Positions 13,028 to 25,823 of a stretch of DNA of 64,000 nt are shown here, piece by piece. The translations under genes were made by a program, and so were the position numbers. The stretch comes from Chara braunii. Lineage: Eukaryota > Plantae > Charophyceae. The notes under the pieces were generated by a model. That model was not told the origin of the DNA. It made no database searches and worked only from the letters and a program-made list of their open reading frames with translations. Each line of letters begins with the position of its first letter. The stretch's first letter is position 1. Location: positions 2,586,579 to 2,650,578 of the forward strand of contig BFEA01000004.1 in NCBI GenBank assembly GCA_003427395.1. Direction: 5' to 3'.

Positions 13028-13686
13028 CTTTTATTTCCAACGCGGACAGAGGTGCTTTGTGTCATGTATCTCTGGATTGGTTTGCGTTCTTGCACACTCG
13101 AACAGCCAACACATAGCTAGATTGTAATATTTCTTCGCCCTTCTTGCCTATTTCTATCTCATAGCAGACTCAAGCAGCCGATGCATAGCTAGATTGTAAT
13201 ATCTCTTCGCCGTTCTTTGGCTATGGTGTATCCTGCCAAAATCAACCTTTGAGCCCAGCGTCTTTTATTTCCAACGCGGACAGAGGTGCTTTGTGTCATG
13301 TATCTCTGGATTGGTTTGCGTTCTTCGCCCTTCTTGCCTATTTCTATCTCATGGCAGACTCAAACAGCCGATGCATAGCTAGATTGTAGTATCTCTTCGC
13401 TGTTCTTTGGCTATGGTGTATCCTGCCAAATTCAACCTTTGAGCCCGGCGTCTTTTATTTCCAACGAGGACAGAGGTGCATTGTGTCATGCATCTCTGGA
13501 TTGGTTTGCTGTTATTTCTATCTCATAGGACACTCGAACTGCCAACGCATAGCTAGATTGTAATATTTCTTCGCCCTTCTTGCCTATTTCTATCTCATAG
13601 CAGACTCAAACAGCCGATGCATAGCTAGATTGTAATATATCTTCGCCATTCTTTGGCTATGGTGGATCCTGCCAAATTCAACCTTT
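13028..13686. repeat. Three degenerate ~200-230 bp tandem units with internal sub-repeats
   Basis: TTTTATTTCCAACGCGGACAGAGGTGC at ~13029, ~13263 and ~13453; repeated CATAGCTAGATTGTA. Confidence 0.9.
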
Positions 13687-14419
13687 GCTCATGGGTTGAG
13701 GCCTCGCTATAGCAGGGAATGGCCTAAAGAAATAGTGAGCATCCAATGGCCAGTTTTCAACTAGGTTCAGGTGCCCCTCCAAAGTTTGTTTGAATCGAAG
13801 GGTTCTTTCAGTAGAACACATCTAGACTATATATTGTAGTAATGGCAAGTCTACCCGTCGCGGCTGCCGCCGAGGCACGGGGCGGTATTCTTCTTTCACG
13901 AGGTATGAGTACCTCACCTCCCCACTTCGTACCCCTCCTCCACATCTTTCTTCATTTTTCTCGTTTTGGCAATCAAAGTTTCCTTCATCTCAACATTTGA
14001 GGCCGGGCTCCCCCCCCACCTGCAGCATCTACGCCGCTAAGCAAAAGAAAAGAAAACAGGCCTTACCCAAAAAAAAGAATAGGTGCTCAGCTCTTATCCT
14101 GTCTGCTAGTCCAGTAGGTTTCATGCCTGAGCGGCTCCGAGTAGCCGGGTTCTTATCTCGTTGCCGTGAATGGCCTGAGGAGGATGGGCAAGGCCAGTCA
14201 GGTGTCGGATTCTTATCCCGCTGCTGTCAATGGCCTGAGCAGTATGGCCAAGGTCAGTCGACACCGGTAGCTTGCTGGGCTGAGTTGTGCTGCCCTGTAA
14301 CCCGTGGCAATGTGGGAGCGTCAGAGGCCAGGGGGAAGTGGCTGCTCAGGTCCTGCTGCGGCTGGTCGGGACACGCCCAATACAAAATTCTCAGGTTGAA
14401 TTCTCAGTCAGAATCATCA

Positions 14420-15736
14420 TAGATGACATTCATGGCTGGATTACGACGCCTATCAGGGTTGAGACCCTTAAGTCATGATACTTTAAGAGGCTTCAACTCT
14501 CAATATACCTGTCATAACAGAAGCTCAATAACCAATAATCATGAGATTCGTGACATAATCTCCCATTAAAAAAAAAAAGAAAAACGACCAGAAACAAGTA
14601 AACTGACATCCAGGACTACTCAGTCAAAATGGGGTATAAGCTATTGGGACCTATTCCTTAAGACTAAGGACCCGGAACCTGTAATCAGAAGTAGATGGTC
14701 AAAATTAATCGGACTAGAGGCAGACCCTATCTCACAAATCCCATGGAAGAAGTTCAAATCAATCAGACCTGTTAAAATTCGGAGTCTCCGATGGCTTATC
14801 GCATACGTGGCACTACCGGTCAACTAATGGCTCCACAAGCGAAGACGAAGGAGTGATCCTAACAGTTCGGACCTATGCACAGTCTGTTCAGATAACGAGC
14901 CAGAAGATATAATTCACTGCCTAATTCGCTGCAAGGAAGCTACAGAATATTGGGCCAGGGCCTCGGACCTCTGGAACTCCCTTTTCACATCACCCCTCCC
15001 TGAACATTCTATCCAACTTCTTCTCTGGACTAACATTCCTACTGATTTCAACAACGCTGAGAAGATATGGTATGGCAGCATCAGAAAAGTGACTCTCTGG
15101 TCGATCTGGAAGGAGAGATGCAGCAGAACCATCGAGGGACTATCAACTCCGAATGAAAAGGTTTGGGTGGAGACAAGGACTCTGATCCAGGCAGAGATCC
15201 TATGCAGATGGCACAAGATGAGACTCTCCATGCCTGAAGATGAAGATCGACAGTGCAGTATCATCTCCAGATTCGTCAAGGTCTGGCTGGTGGGGGGGGA
15301 AATAGCAGAGATAAGAGACTCCAACGTACGATGGAAAAATTGGCACAACTCGGAGACCAGCGGGAGAAGCTCAATATCTCACTCAATGGGGGCCCCACAA
15401 GATCCACAGGCTACATAAGGAATAACAACAACCTTCATTTTCATGTGGAAGCATTTTCTTTCCTTAGGTCTCCTAGCTGATTAAAGCCTATTTGACGGGT
15501 TTCCATTGGGGAATCTGAGTGGGAGTTCAGGGAAAGGCAAGCTGACAGTCAATCCTCCTATAAGGAGCAATCAATGCTGGTCAGGGTTCCTTCGGCCAGA
15601 AGGAAGGAAGCGTGAGCATGTTCTATGATGTATCAAGTTTTTGACTTGCCGGGGGGATGGGAGCCGGACTGACGCTCCCTAGAATGGATATGGAGCCAGG
15701 ACCATAAGGGCCTGTTTTATTTATATTAAAAAAAAA
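14420..15736 (+). mobile_element. 3' fragment of a second L1/Tx1-type LINE
   Basis: RPVKIRSLRWLIAYVALPVN..CTVC..HCLIRC zinc finger, LWSIWKERC, 3' tail similar to the first LINE, A tail. Confidence 0.85.
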
Positions 15737-15756
15737 TGTTGCAGGATTTATTTTAT

Positions 15757-15960
15757 TTTGTTTATCTGATTGGATCTGGATTCGAGCTCGGGTCTGTATT
15801 TCGACAGTTCATGAGTATACCAAATTACCAATTGAGCCAGGCCCGTTGGTGGGGTACGGTCAAATGTAAACGACACCAACGTGCGTAGCTCAGTTGGTAC
15901 ACTCATGAACTGTTGAAGTAAAGACATAAGGTCGAATCCAGACGGAATTGGTTAAACGAA
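15757..15960. repeat. Imperfect palindrome made of two divergent tRNA-like units
   Basis: Right arm TAGCTCAGTTGG...GGTCGAATCC; the left arm is its reverse complement (~85-90 bp arms). Confidence 0.75.
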
Positions 15961-16187
15961 TTTGTGAAGTCCGTTGGCCTGGTGACTTCCACAATGATAT
16001 CTCAAGGTCGTCACCCTTCTATTGAAACAACAAAATCGAACAGCGGGCTTTCTCTCCCTCTCTCCCCCCCCCCCCCTCCCCCTCTCTCTTTCTCTGTGTG
16101 TCTGTGTGCTTGAAGGGGTGAAGAGTTTCGTTCACGCTTGGCCAAAAAAGAAATAGGTACGTTGGTGCAGTGTGGCGAAGTGCATCG

Positions 16188-16262
<75 letters not shown>

Positions 16263-16832
16263 NNNNNNNNNNNNNNNNNNNNNNNNNNNNNNNNNNNNNN
16301 NNNNNNNNNNNNNNNNNNNNNNNNNNNNNNNNNNNNNNNNNNNNNNNNNNNNNNNNNNNNNNNNNNNNNNNNNNNNNNNNNNNNNNNNNNNNNNNNNNNN
16401 NNNNNNNNNNNNNNNNNNNNNNNNNNNNNNNNNNNNNNNNNNNNNNNNNNNNNNNNNNNNNNNNNNNNNNNNNNNNNNNNNNNNNNNNNNNNNNNNNNNN
16501 NNNNNNNNNNNNNNNNNNNNNNNNNNNNNNNNNNNNNNNNNNNNNNNNNNNNNNNNNNNNNNNNNNNNNNNNNNNNNNNNNNNNNNNNNNNNNNNNNNNN
16601 NNNNNNNNNNNNNNNNNNNNNNNNNNNNNNNNNNNNNNNNNNNNNNNNNNNNNNNNNNNNNNNNNNNNNNNNNNNNNNNNNNNNNNNNNNNNNNNNNNNN
16701 NNNNNNNNNNNNNNNNNNNNNNNNNNNNNNNNNNNNNNNNNNNNNNNNNNNNNNNNNNNNNNNNNNNNNNNNNNNNNNNNNNNNNNNNNNNNNNNNNNNN
16801 NNNNNNNNNNNNNNNNNNNNNNNNNNNNNNNN

Positions 16833-16920
16833 CCAGTGGTTTTGTCCGTCAAGAGGTGGAGAGTTCCATTCACACTTGGCCCGGAAATGAAATAGGTAGG
16901 CTGGGGTGGTGTGAAGAAGA

Positions 16921-17001
<81 letters not shown>

Positions 17002-17372
17002 CGGTTTAGGGACAGTTCTGTTCACACTTGGCCCAGTGGTTTTGTCCGTCAAGAGGTGGAGGGTTCGATTCACACTTGGCCCGGAAATGAAATAGGTAGG
17101 CTGGGGTGGTGTGAAGAAGAGGACCATCTCTCTCTCCCAGTGGTGTTGTGCTGGAAGAGATGGAGAGTTCCGTTCTAGCTTGGCCCAGCGGTGTTTTAAG
17201 TGAAGAGGTGGTGAGTTCCGTTCTCACTCAGCCCGGAAACAAAATAGGTAGGTTGGCGAGGCATGGAGAACTGCACCCTCTTTCTCTCTCTCAGTGGTGT
17301 TGTGCAGGAAGAGGTGTAGACTTCTGCTCAGACTCGGCCGAAGAACTCTCCACCTCTTCGTGCACAACACCG

Positions 17373-17375
<3 letters not shown>
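16833..17375. repeat. Degenerate repeat units interleaved with (CT)n/(CA)n, ending in a hairpin at 17292-17375
   Basis: CCAGTGGT...AAGAGGTGG...TTGGCCCGGAAATGAAATAGGTAGG repeated; inverted copy at the end. Confidence 0.8.
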
Positions 17376-17416
<41 letters not shown>

Positions 17417-18222
17417 TCTTAAGGTTGCTGAGGTGGTGAAATTCCTGAAAGGTCCAAAGTGCTTCCCCTTTTCGAGATCCTGGGAAGGGGTTCGGACCTT
17501 TCGGAGTCTTCACCACTTATGGAGGAGTGGGATCTGAAGATTCTGAAGGGTCCCGAAGTGGTGGACATCCTGAACGGTCTGAACGCCTTGAATACCTGAA
17601 CACCCACGAGGATGGGTTTCACGTTTTCAAGATCGTTGAGGATCCTTATCTCTGGTGTTGACAAGATTCTAGTAAGTTCTTAAGAATAGTGAAAGTCCTC
17701 TTCTTACTACTACAAGATTTACTACGGAAAATTTCATACCTGCATTGACCACTTGTGGGCGTCGGCCCTGCTGCCCACTTTGACATGCCCAGCTCGGTGA
17801 CTCTACTGGCATATCTTTAGAAGTTTAGAACTTTAGAGCAAGATTATGGTGTCACACTTCTTTTTTTTTTATAATTATTATGGTGTCACACTTACCTTGT
17901 ATATAATCGTGCAATTTACCACGACTTTCTGAACTCTTTCATCTGGGTTAAGTGAAGAGATTGTCCAGACGAGTCGCGCTACCAGAGGCCGATGCTACTG
18001 TTGAATGCGATGGCAGAAATACCAAACTGAATGTGCCCAGAGAATCAAAATGATGTGGAATAGTGGTTGTTCATTCTTCTCAGCGAAGAAGTCGTGTGAA
18101 CAAACTGTAGAATGGGGAATGTCAATGCCCAGACGGTTCTTGCTGACAAGGGGGCCAATTTTCCTGCTGCTTTGTGCTTTGTCCCTTGTTTGTTTGCTCT
18201 GTGGTTATTTGGTTGATTACAG

Positions 18223-18495
18223 GGTTTGGCTCTGACAACGGCAAACATTGAAAAGTTTGTGTCCGTACTGGATATGTCCCCACCTCCCAGGCTGATGCAG
18301 AATAAGGAGGTCATGCCTACAGCAGGACGGCATCGAATTGTAGTGATTGAATTGCTCAGTCGTTTAGTAATGTACTGTTCGCAAGAGATTGATCAGAAGA
18401 TTGTTCTCACAGGAGCAGTAAGGAAGGTTGTAGATCTTATGTTCAGCCATCCTCTCTGCAGCATTCTTCACGGACAAGCATCTCATTTCTTGGAG
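18223..18495 (+). CDS. Exon of SIT4 phosphatase-associated (SAPS/PPP6R, PP6 regulatory subunit) family protein
   Basis: PTAGRHRIVVIELL...GAVRKVVDLMFSHPLCSILH matches the SAPS PLGKHRLKIVE...LDLFFxYPxNNxLH block; AG/GT borders, phase 0-0. Confidence 0.85.
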
Positions 18496-18810
18496 GTAGG
18501 TGTTACTTTATTTTATTTCGTTTTTGGATCCTCGTATCCCTGCATTCGTGGAGCAAATGAATGGTCTGAAATTCTCTGAATTTGGTGGCAGGTGGTGTGT
18601 GTTGGTGAGAGTAAGCAATCAGCAAAAGGAGGTAGGGAACGTTGCCGCCCCCAGTCGTTAGGTGTCTCGCATCTACATGAAAGAACAATCTTCCAAATGC
18701 AGAAGACCGAAGCTGCCAGCTTGGATGTTTAATGGCGGAGGGGATGCATCCGTACACTGTCAGAAATCCCTGAAGTGAGAAATCAGCAATCTTGGCCGTC
18801 CGTGGTCCTC

Positions 18811-18961
18811 CTGGCCCGACGGTTCGGATTGTCGCGCAATCTTAAGACTTTCAGACTTTAAGATCACGCGATGATCCAGGCCGTCCGACAGGGTGGGTGG
18901 CCAGGATCGTCACGCGATCTTAAAGTCTTAAGATGGCGCAACAATCTGACCGTTGGGCCGG
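18811..18961. repeat. Long imperfect intronic hairpin (~65 bp arms)
   Basis: GGCCCGACGGT...ATCTTAAGACT...GATCC and its reverse complement GGATC...AGTCTTAAGAT...ACCGTTGGGCC. Confidence 0.8.
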
Positions 18962-19367
18962 GCGTCGATCCGGATCAACGCACCAGTCGGGAAGAGGGCC
19001 TGAGGGCCTGTACAGGCCTGTAGGTAGTTTAAAAAAGCAGGTAGTGAGAAAAAAAAATTGCAGGGCCTTATGCCCGGTGCCTTTGGGCATTGGCCCATTG
19101 CAGGGTGGCCCTCAGCGTATCATCTGCTCCGCCAGCCACTAGGCCTGAAGCAAAACCGTTTCCCCTTTCTCCTGCTCAGCCCTTGGTGGCGCAGCGGTGC
19201 TCTTTAGGGTAGTCAACAACGCACACTCGCATGCACGCACACACACACTCAGGCACCCGCACACACGCGTATCCACACACGCATGGACACACTCAGATGC
19301 AACCTTGTGACTGGAGTTGTGTATACCGGACATGACATGACATACACGCACGCAAATGCATCTTGGG

Positions 19368-19424
19368 CAGACTGTCGGGGTTCAACCTCCTGATGAGTCG
19401 GTGAAAATCCGATGAAACAGTCTG
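19368..19424 (+). ncRNA. Type III hammerhead ribozyme (intronic, sense to the SAPS pre-mRNA)
   Basis: CAGACUG-UC^GGGG-UUCAA-CCUC-CUGAUGA-GUCGG-UGAAAAU-CCGAU-GAAA-CAGUCUG; complete core and three stems; cleavage predicted after 19376. Confidence 0.88.
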
Positions 19425-19547
19425 GCACAGTCATGCTTCCTTTTGTGGAGTTGCACACAGCGAACATGACAATGCAGGCATGCACGGCGAACATGACAAC
19501 ACACCAGGTGTGNNNNNNNNNNNNNNNNNNNNNNNNNNNNNNNNNNN

Positions 19548-19618
<71 letters not shown>

Positions 19619-20426
19619 GATCGGCCAGTTGCGTCCACCATAAATGCATCACCCCTCGCAACAGGTCATCTAGTAGGAAATAACCTACTCTAAGAGGCGC
19701 CCAATTCAACAATGTTGATCTTCTGGAACACCTTACTTGTCTACCTTCACCCCACACCCAGATGCTGGGAGTAGGAGCCTTTGTTGGCTGCAAAAAGGCG
19801 GAAATGGAAATCCCTATCGATCTTTGGACGTTTGACCTTTTGTGTGCTGTTTGAAGTTTAACAATTGTTGCAGATATAATGTGTGAGCTTGGGAACATTG
19901 CCCGGTTCAACAATTTGCCAATTCACGTGCCTTTGTTTGCTGGGATCTTTCTTGGAACGGGATGCATGGCTTGTGGCGTGTAACCACAGCTGATGTCGAT
20001 GCTGGACTGGACCTGGATGGCTGGTAGGAGAGCATAGGGATGAAGGCGGTTCCTGTGGGTGGCTTCTTATCGTTGTGGGGATCGTTAGTGTCATCTGTAT
20101 TTAAGATTCAACTTTGTGTGTTGTCTATGGTTCTCCTACCATCTCCAAATATGCTGGCCGATAGATCAATGTGGCTGTTTTCGGTGTATTCCTTTGGGCA
20201 ACAATATGCTTTTTATCCTTCTCAATATTTTCCACTTGAGAGTCTGTCATTGGAACAACGAGAACAATTACGAGCCTTCCAGATGGTCGCTGTCTATGGG
20301 CCCTTTTATCTCATTGAGCCTATACATCGTTTCCCTGCAGGCCTTGGGTACAACAGTTGCTTATATCCTTTTTTTTTTTGGTTATCGTATTTTTGATGTA
20401 CGTTTGTTTCCAAAACTGCATTGCAG

Positions 20427-20551
20427 GGAGTACTCACTCGACCAAACTCGTCTCTTTGCTCACATGTACTTGAGGGAGCTGAAGGCCTTCCAACACAACT
20501 TGCCAAGGCAGGGCGAGAGTGCGCGGCCATGCGGATTGGAAAGCGCCCAGG
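20427..20551 (+). CDS. SAPS-family exon (GVLTRPNSSLCSHVLE...KRP)
   Basis: TTGCAG acceptor, GTAAGG donor, phase 0-2; splices to give KRPGYCGH (SAPS RxGYxGH motif). Confidence 0.8.
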
Positions 20552-21365
20552 GTAAGGATGTGGAAAAACCTTTGTTGCTGAAGAAATGTTGTGCGAGCCC
20601 ATCCAGGTGCGATACTATTGTCAATATCACACAATAGCCATAACAACACTACCAATGGTTGTGATAATGGATAACTGTCCTGCCAGAACTCCCTTCTTGG
20701 GTACACACTTGTGTTGAACTCCTTGACTTGCGACACTCCGCTCCTTCCCATCTCGCCTACCTTTACTGCTCGTATATTATACTAGTGGGAGATTCTTTAA
20801 CTGCTGCAAGAGAGCTACTTTGGCAGCAACCAGGGGTGTAATGTGCAGATTATTGGGTGCTGCTACCCAGTTACAGCGTTTTTGCACACATCAAATTTGG
20901 AGAGTTGATTTCGTGTGTCTTGTGCTCTTTGCTGAAAGGCGGTGCAGTTGTTATCTTCGTCTGATATCGTCAATGAAAACCTGCTTTCTGAGTGAAAGAA
21001 ACAGTAGTTGTCGGATGGACAGCTGTGTTCGCTGCAATACGTAATAGTTATTTACTTTTCTGTAAGAAAAAGAGATTCTTGTCGCTGTGGTGTAGTAGTG
21101 GATGAGAGGAAAGTCATTTGCAATCTGAAGAATTGGGAAATTCTCGCTGATACGGATCACTGCTAAATAGGGCGATATGATCATGTTGTGAGGCAATTTG
21201 TCTCTCTCTTTCTTTGTATATGTGTGTTTCTACCGGATGGGTACGGAAGAGACTGTCCTGCGAAGAATGCTGTTCACTGAACTAAAACTCTGACCGTGCT
21301 GCACTTCGTTTTCTGTCGTGTTATATGTGTGGCTCCCTTCGTCCATGTGATGCTCTGATGCACAG

Positions 21366-21435
21366 ATATTGTGGGCACGTTGTCGTACTTTGTAGAACCC
21401 TCGAGAATGTGGCTGACATCAACAGTAATGTCAGG
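21366..21435 (+). CDS. SAPS-family exon (YCGHVVVLCRTLENVADINSNVR)
   Basis: CACAG acceptor, GTATGT donor, phase 2-0; completes the GYxGH motif. Confidence 0.8.
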
Positions 21436-22376
21436 GTATGTATGCCTCAAGTTATACCTATCAAGAATTTCAAACCCCGCTCTTGGTGAACGCTTGGCCT
21501 TCGCAACTTCTGTTTTGTTATGCGGATTTCTTCGTACGAAAAGTTAATGTCATCTCTTTGCAGTACTCGGTTCTGGAGCAAATTTAGGGATGTGGTTCTT
21601 CTCTGCAGAACTCGGTGCTGGAGTACTCGTGGTTTTTGACTAAGATGACGCATGCACACAGTAAAGCGGAGCAGATAACACAGGGAATGACTGCATGCTT
21701 CTGCTGTGTGCTGTGGCATGTGAGTAGCCGGTGTCTGGCCTGCGCTGGAATGCCATTAGGCTGTCGTTCAAAGATCGTACACTGATTTGCTACCTTTGAA
21801 CATTGCTAGAGGGGCCAGCTCCTCACAGGAAGGACCACCACCTGATACCTCGTCAGAGCTTTACCGCTGACTTCGCACTTATGGATGAGTGTTGTGCTCA
21901 CCATTTGTAGTCCAGTTTCTACATCCACCCTTTTGTAGTGCGGCGTGTAGCTCCGTCGGTTCACGCTTGAACTGTTGAAATGCAGACCTTAGCTCAAACT
22001 TCACTGGAAGGAGATAAGTAAAATACTACAATTCTGAATTACCTTGGGACGGTCAGTTCAATGACCATACTGTCACCCTTTTGGAAAAGGAGTACGGTGT
22101 GCCCATGGTGTTGAAAAGGATTTCGTTATACCGGAGAATATAACTCCGCGCGATTAACTGTGGACCTGGTTATGGGAAGCGCAGAGTGAGTTCATGTTGG
22201 GTTCAACCAGTTATTGGCCAGGAGGCGTGTGGAAGATCGAGAACTCCAAGAGTGTGATGGGTGTTAGTAATGGAGGGCGTAGTACTCACTACACTTCTTG
22301 GTGCTGTATCATTGCTGAGATGCTGACTGGCAGTTGTGTCTGTGTGTTGTGCTGTTGTGATGGCCTGGGACTTCAG

Positions 22377-22562
22377 GGCATATTAGAGAAGAATGAAGAT
22401 TGGTTGCGGTTCACGGCACCAGGTGGTGCACTTGGGAAGCTTGTCAAGGAGCAGTTTGGAGGCCTCGGCGGGCCGAAACCGCAGTTTCCCATGAGCTGTC
22501 TCTTTGATGGGGGCAGTGCGCAGGCTGCTGTGGATCACTTGCGTGCACTATTTCTCGGATGA
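22377..22562 (+). CDS. Probable last coding exon of the SAPS-family gene
   Basis: TTCAG acceptor; GILEKNEDWLRF...LGGPKP resembles the end of the SAPS domain; TGA stop. Confidence 0.75.
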   Translation, partial: GILEKNEDWLRFTAPGGALGKLVKEQFGGLGGPKPQFPMSCLFDGGSAQAAVDHLRALFLG

Positions 22563-24016
22563 TATTCGGCTGAGCCACGTCATTGATCTTTCTTGCCTGT
22601 CAGAGGTACGTCTCTTCTTGGGAGCCTTGAGTGACTGGTTGGCCGGTGCGGTATTGTGGAAGTCGCACACCACATGCGCAATCCTGTGTTTCTTTTGTAT
22701 CTTGGTAATAACTGATTGTGGCGTGCATTTGTGCAAGATGCCAGCCTCCTCGATGTCGAACATGTGGTGGGAAGACGTGGGAAGGTTTATACCTGGCTTG
22801 GTGGAAGATGCGTGCCGCGTGGGCACTTCTTTTGCATCTTAGAAACCAACGGTCGCATGCATTTGTGGACAGATGCAACCTCGATGTGAAACATGAGGTG
22901 AGCAGGCATATATATATATATACCTGGATTGCCCATTGCAGTATAGTTGGAGTCATTCGATCAGTGGCCCTGTGAATGGCTTAGAGCCTTGTTTCGTGGA
23001 GAGCTTCGCTGCTGCCAGGTCAGAATTGAGTTATGGGTGTGATTGTTGTTGGGGTCAGCCCGGGCAGTCAGTATGCCATCTATGATACGTCTGGCTCGTT
23101 CTGGCTGCTGTACGCCCCGTTGCCGGGCACAGCTCAGATGCAACACGAAGCTGCGCCGTCCACTCCAAATGGGATATGCTGGCTATTGTTTCGAGGTATT
23201 CGCAATCGGTTTGTTTGATGTTATTACCTAATCTGATGGTTATCGAAAAAAGTGCCTTTGCTTTCTAGTGCATACATGTTCTAGGTCTTCCTGTCGTAAG
23301 ACGAGGTGCCTTGCAGCCAGCAGATCACTGAGAATGATGCCAATCAAACGAGATCGGCATATGGACGCGCGCCTGCTCTCCTTGTGAGAAAGTGTGCGGT
23401 CAATCCGATTTATGTCTGTGTGAATGAAGTCCCATGCAAGACCAATCGGAAATGTATGATCTCATCCAGTTTAAGCAAAAAAAGGCATGTTTCCGTGTAC
23501 AATGGTAAAAATATGAGGATAAGATGTCTAGCGTCCGTATTGGGACAACATTGGTATAATATGGTATGGTTTTGCGATCGGTGAATGCAGGACTGTGCAG
23601 TCTGGCGTAACCCGGCACAGCTACTCACTTTTTGCGAAAAACGCTTCAGCGCGTACCGCATTTTCTTGTGCTTCTGTTTCCAGGGAAAACTGCAGTGGGT
23701 TCTGTTTATCAAGGGTAGGTTCATCCTCTTTTCCTGAGGGAAAACCGCAATGGGTTCCGTTTATCAATGGTAGGTTCATTCTCTCCCTCCTGAGATGGTT
23801 CAAGCGTGTGAAGCTTCTGTATCTGCTATTGTAATTATATTTCTGCAATAATTGATGATCTGGGGAAAAGCATCTTGTCACAGTGTAATCGGGAACAGCT
23901 TCTGGTTATCAGTGCAGTGACCGGGGTTGCTCGGGAGAATAGCAAGGGAATACAAAAGGGCCTGTTGAAAGTATCCGCTGATCTTTCGTTGGTTACCTCT
24001 TCCTGCAAAGTTACAA

Positions 24017-24183
24017 GGGCTTGCTGGTTAACAGCTTCTGGTTAATGCTGCAGGCTTGGGCTTGCTGGTTAACAGCTTCTGGTTAATGCTGCAGGCTTGG
24101 GCTTGCTGGTTAACAGCTTCTGGTTAATGCTGCAGGCTCAGGCTTGCTGGTTAACAGCTTCTGGTTAATGCTGCAGGCTTGGG
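24017..24183. repeat. 41-bp minisatellite, 4 copies
   Basis: GGGCTTGCTGGTTAACAGCTTCTGGTTAATGCTGCAGGCTT x4. Confidence 0.95.
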
Positions 24184-25823
24184 CATGGGCTCTGATGTTC
24201 TCGTTGGTTTGCTGTCCATCACATTTCGTTGGCACAGTTTCCAACACTAGTGTTCTAGCATGTCCTCTTCGACAGGATCCATCTCATTGACCGACTGTAT
24301 ACGATTTTGGAATGGACCGGCTGAACTAGGTTATGGGAGCCACAAGAGGCATTCATGAGCTGTGTGTTGACCAGATTCCTGGCATCATGGTAATTGCCAA
24401 CTATACTGCTCAGTTAAGGGCCGATTGTAGCTTGTTCATTAGGCAACACGAACGCGTAGATAGCCTAGCAGCATCTGGATCTCTGTCGTCATAGCCTAGC
24501 AGCTTCGGGATCTCTGTCTTCCTCCAGTCGCGTGCTTGGATACGGCATCTTTCTTTGTGTCCTCGTATGCGCCTTGAGAAAAGGGTTACAGCATAGTAAA
24601 GGACTAAGGTGTCATTCCTGGCCTAATGCCATGTGTTCCCCACGAAGAAGTGACTGACGAATCTAATTGCAGCAGCAAGAATGATGCTAGTCTGATTGGT
24701 TTCAACTTTTAAAACTTGAAAAGGAAATGACAAGGGTTTGTTAATAAAGTTTTGCAATACTCTGCCAACTTCACATGAAGGCGTTCAGTCATTCAATGCC
24801 ATCCAAAGATTCCAACCTAGTTTCTTATTGCTAGTTTGCTAGGTGCGGTGCAATTGTCGTACTCTGTTGTTTTCTCAGTGCATGGGCTTTTGGCTCTGAC
24901 CTTTTTTTTTTTTTTTTTTTTTTTTTTTTCAAAGGCCCATCTATTCTGGGGGCGGCAATCCCGTTGCTCATCAGCGGCAAGCCAAATGTACGTGGACACA
25001 ACAAGATTCAGGTACAACCACCCTTGCAGCTCTAGTCGCTTGCACAAGGGGGGGGCCTACTTCGGCCGTTCTCCCTCCAAACCTTGACTCATTTGCGGGG
25101 GTTCACTTACTGGTAGCACCCAGACACGCAGCATGTGGATCCTGTGAACGGCGGGGTGCGGGGGAGAGCCGCCTGGCAGCCTCACCGACCGCTCTGCATC
25201 CAAACTCTAGTTGTGTATTCTGTCCTCGAGTAGTATCCCTACCTTCTGCTTGCCACTGACATCCCGCCCTTGCATTTTGCTGACATCCAGAGACCTTGCC
25301 TACTGACTGCCTTCCCGCTACTTGCTACAGTCTTGTCATGCGCTTAGTGCTTAACCTAGCGCTGTATGTGCCATTACATTCCACGTAGTGTGCCCATGCT
25401 GCTCTCAGGCTCCCCTAATATCCTTCAGTCTGTGTATAGTACCCCGGCCTTTTCCTTTTCGGGTTTGACTCCCTTCCCACCCTCCCCCTCCTCTCTCCTA
25501 CTTGTACACGGTGACCTACCTATGCTCCTTCTACCCTATCATCGTTCCTCTCCTAATGTGTCTACACTACAACTATTTTTTCCTTTCCTCATCCATTCAC
25601 ACTTGTCTTCCAAGTAACTGTGTTATGTTGGTTTCCGCTTGACATGTCTGTAGCAACAGAGGCCCAAACGAGACACGGCCAGACTGGGGATCCAGAAATA
25701 GCAACTGTTGGTGAGGGGTACTAAGGGCCCCATCTCCTCCAAATTTTCCTTCTCCTTGATGGTCCAACACAAGCAGCGGGGTGTGATGGACCGACGTATA
25801 GCCAGTAGTCATAATGCCACAAG

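Noticed and set aside
24955-24980. Other CTGANGA motifs as hammerheads (here, and at 8785, 38626, 46043, 49954)
   Set aside because: No stem II followed by GAAA, and no stems I/III
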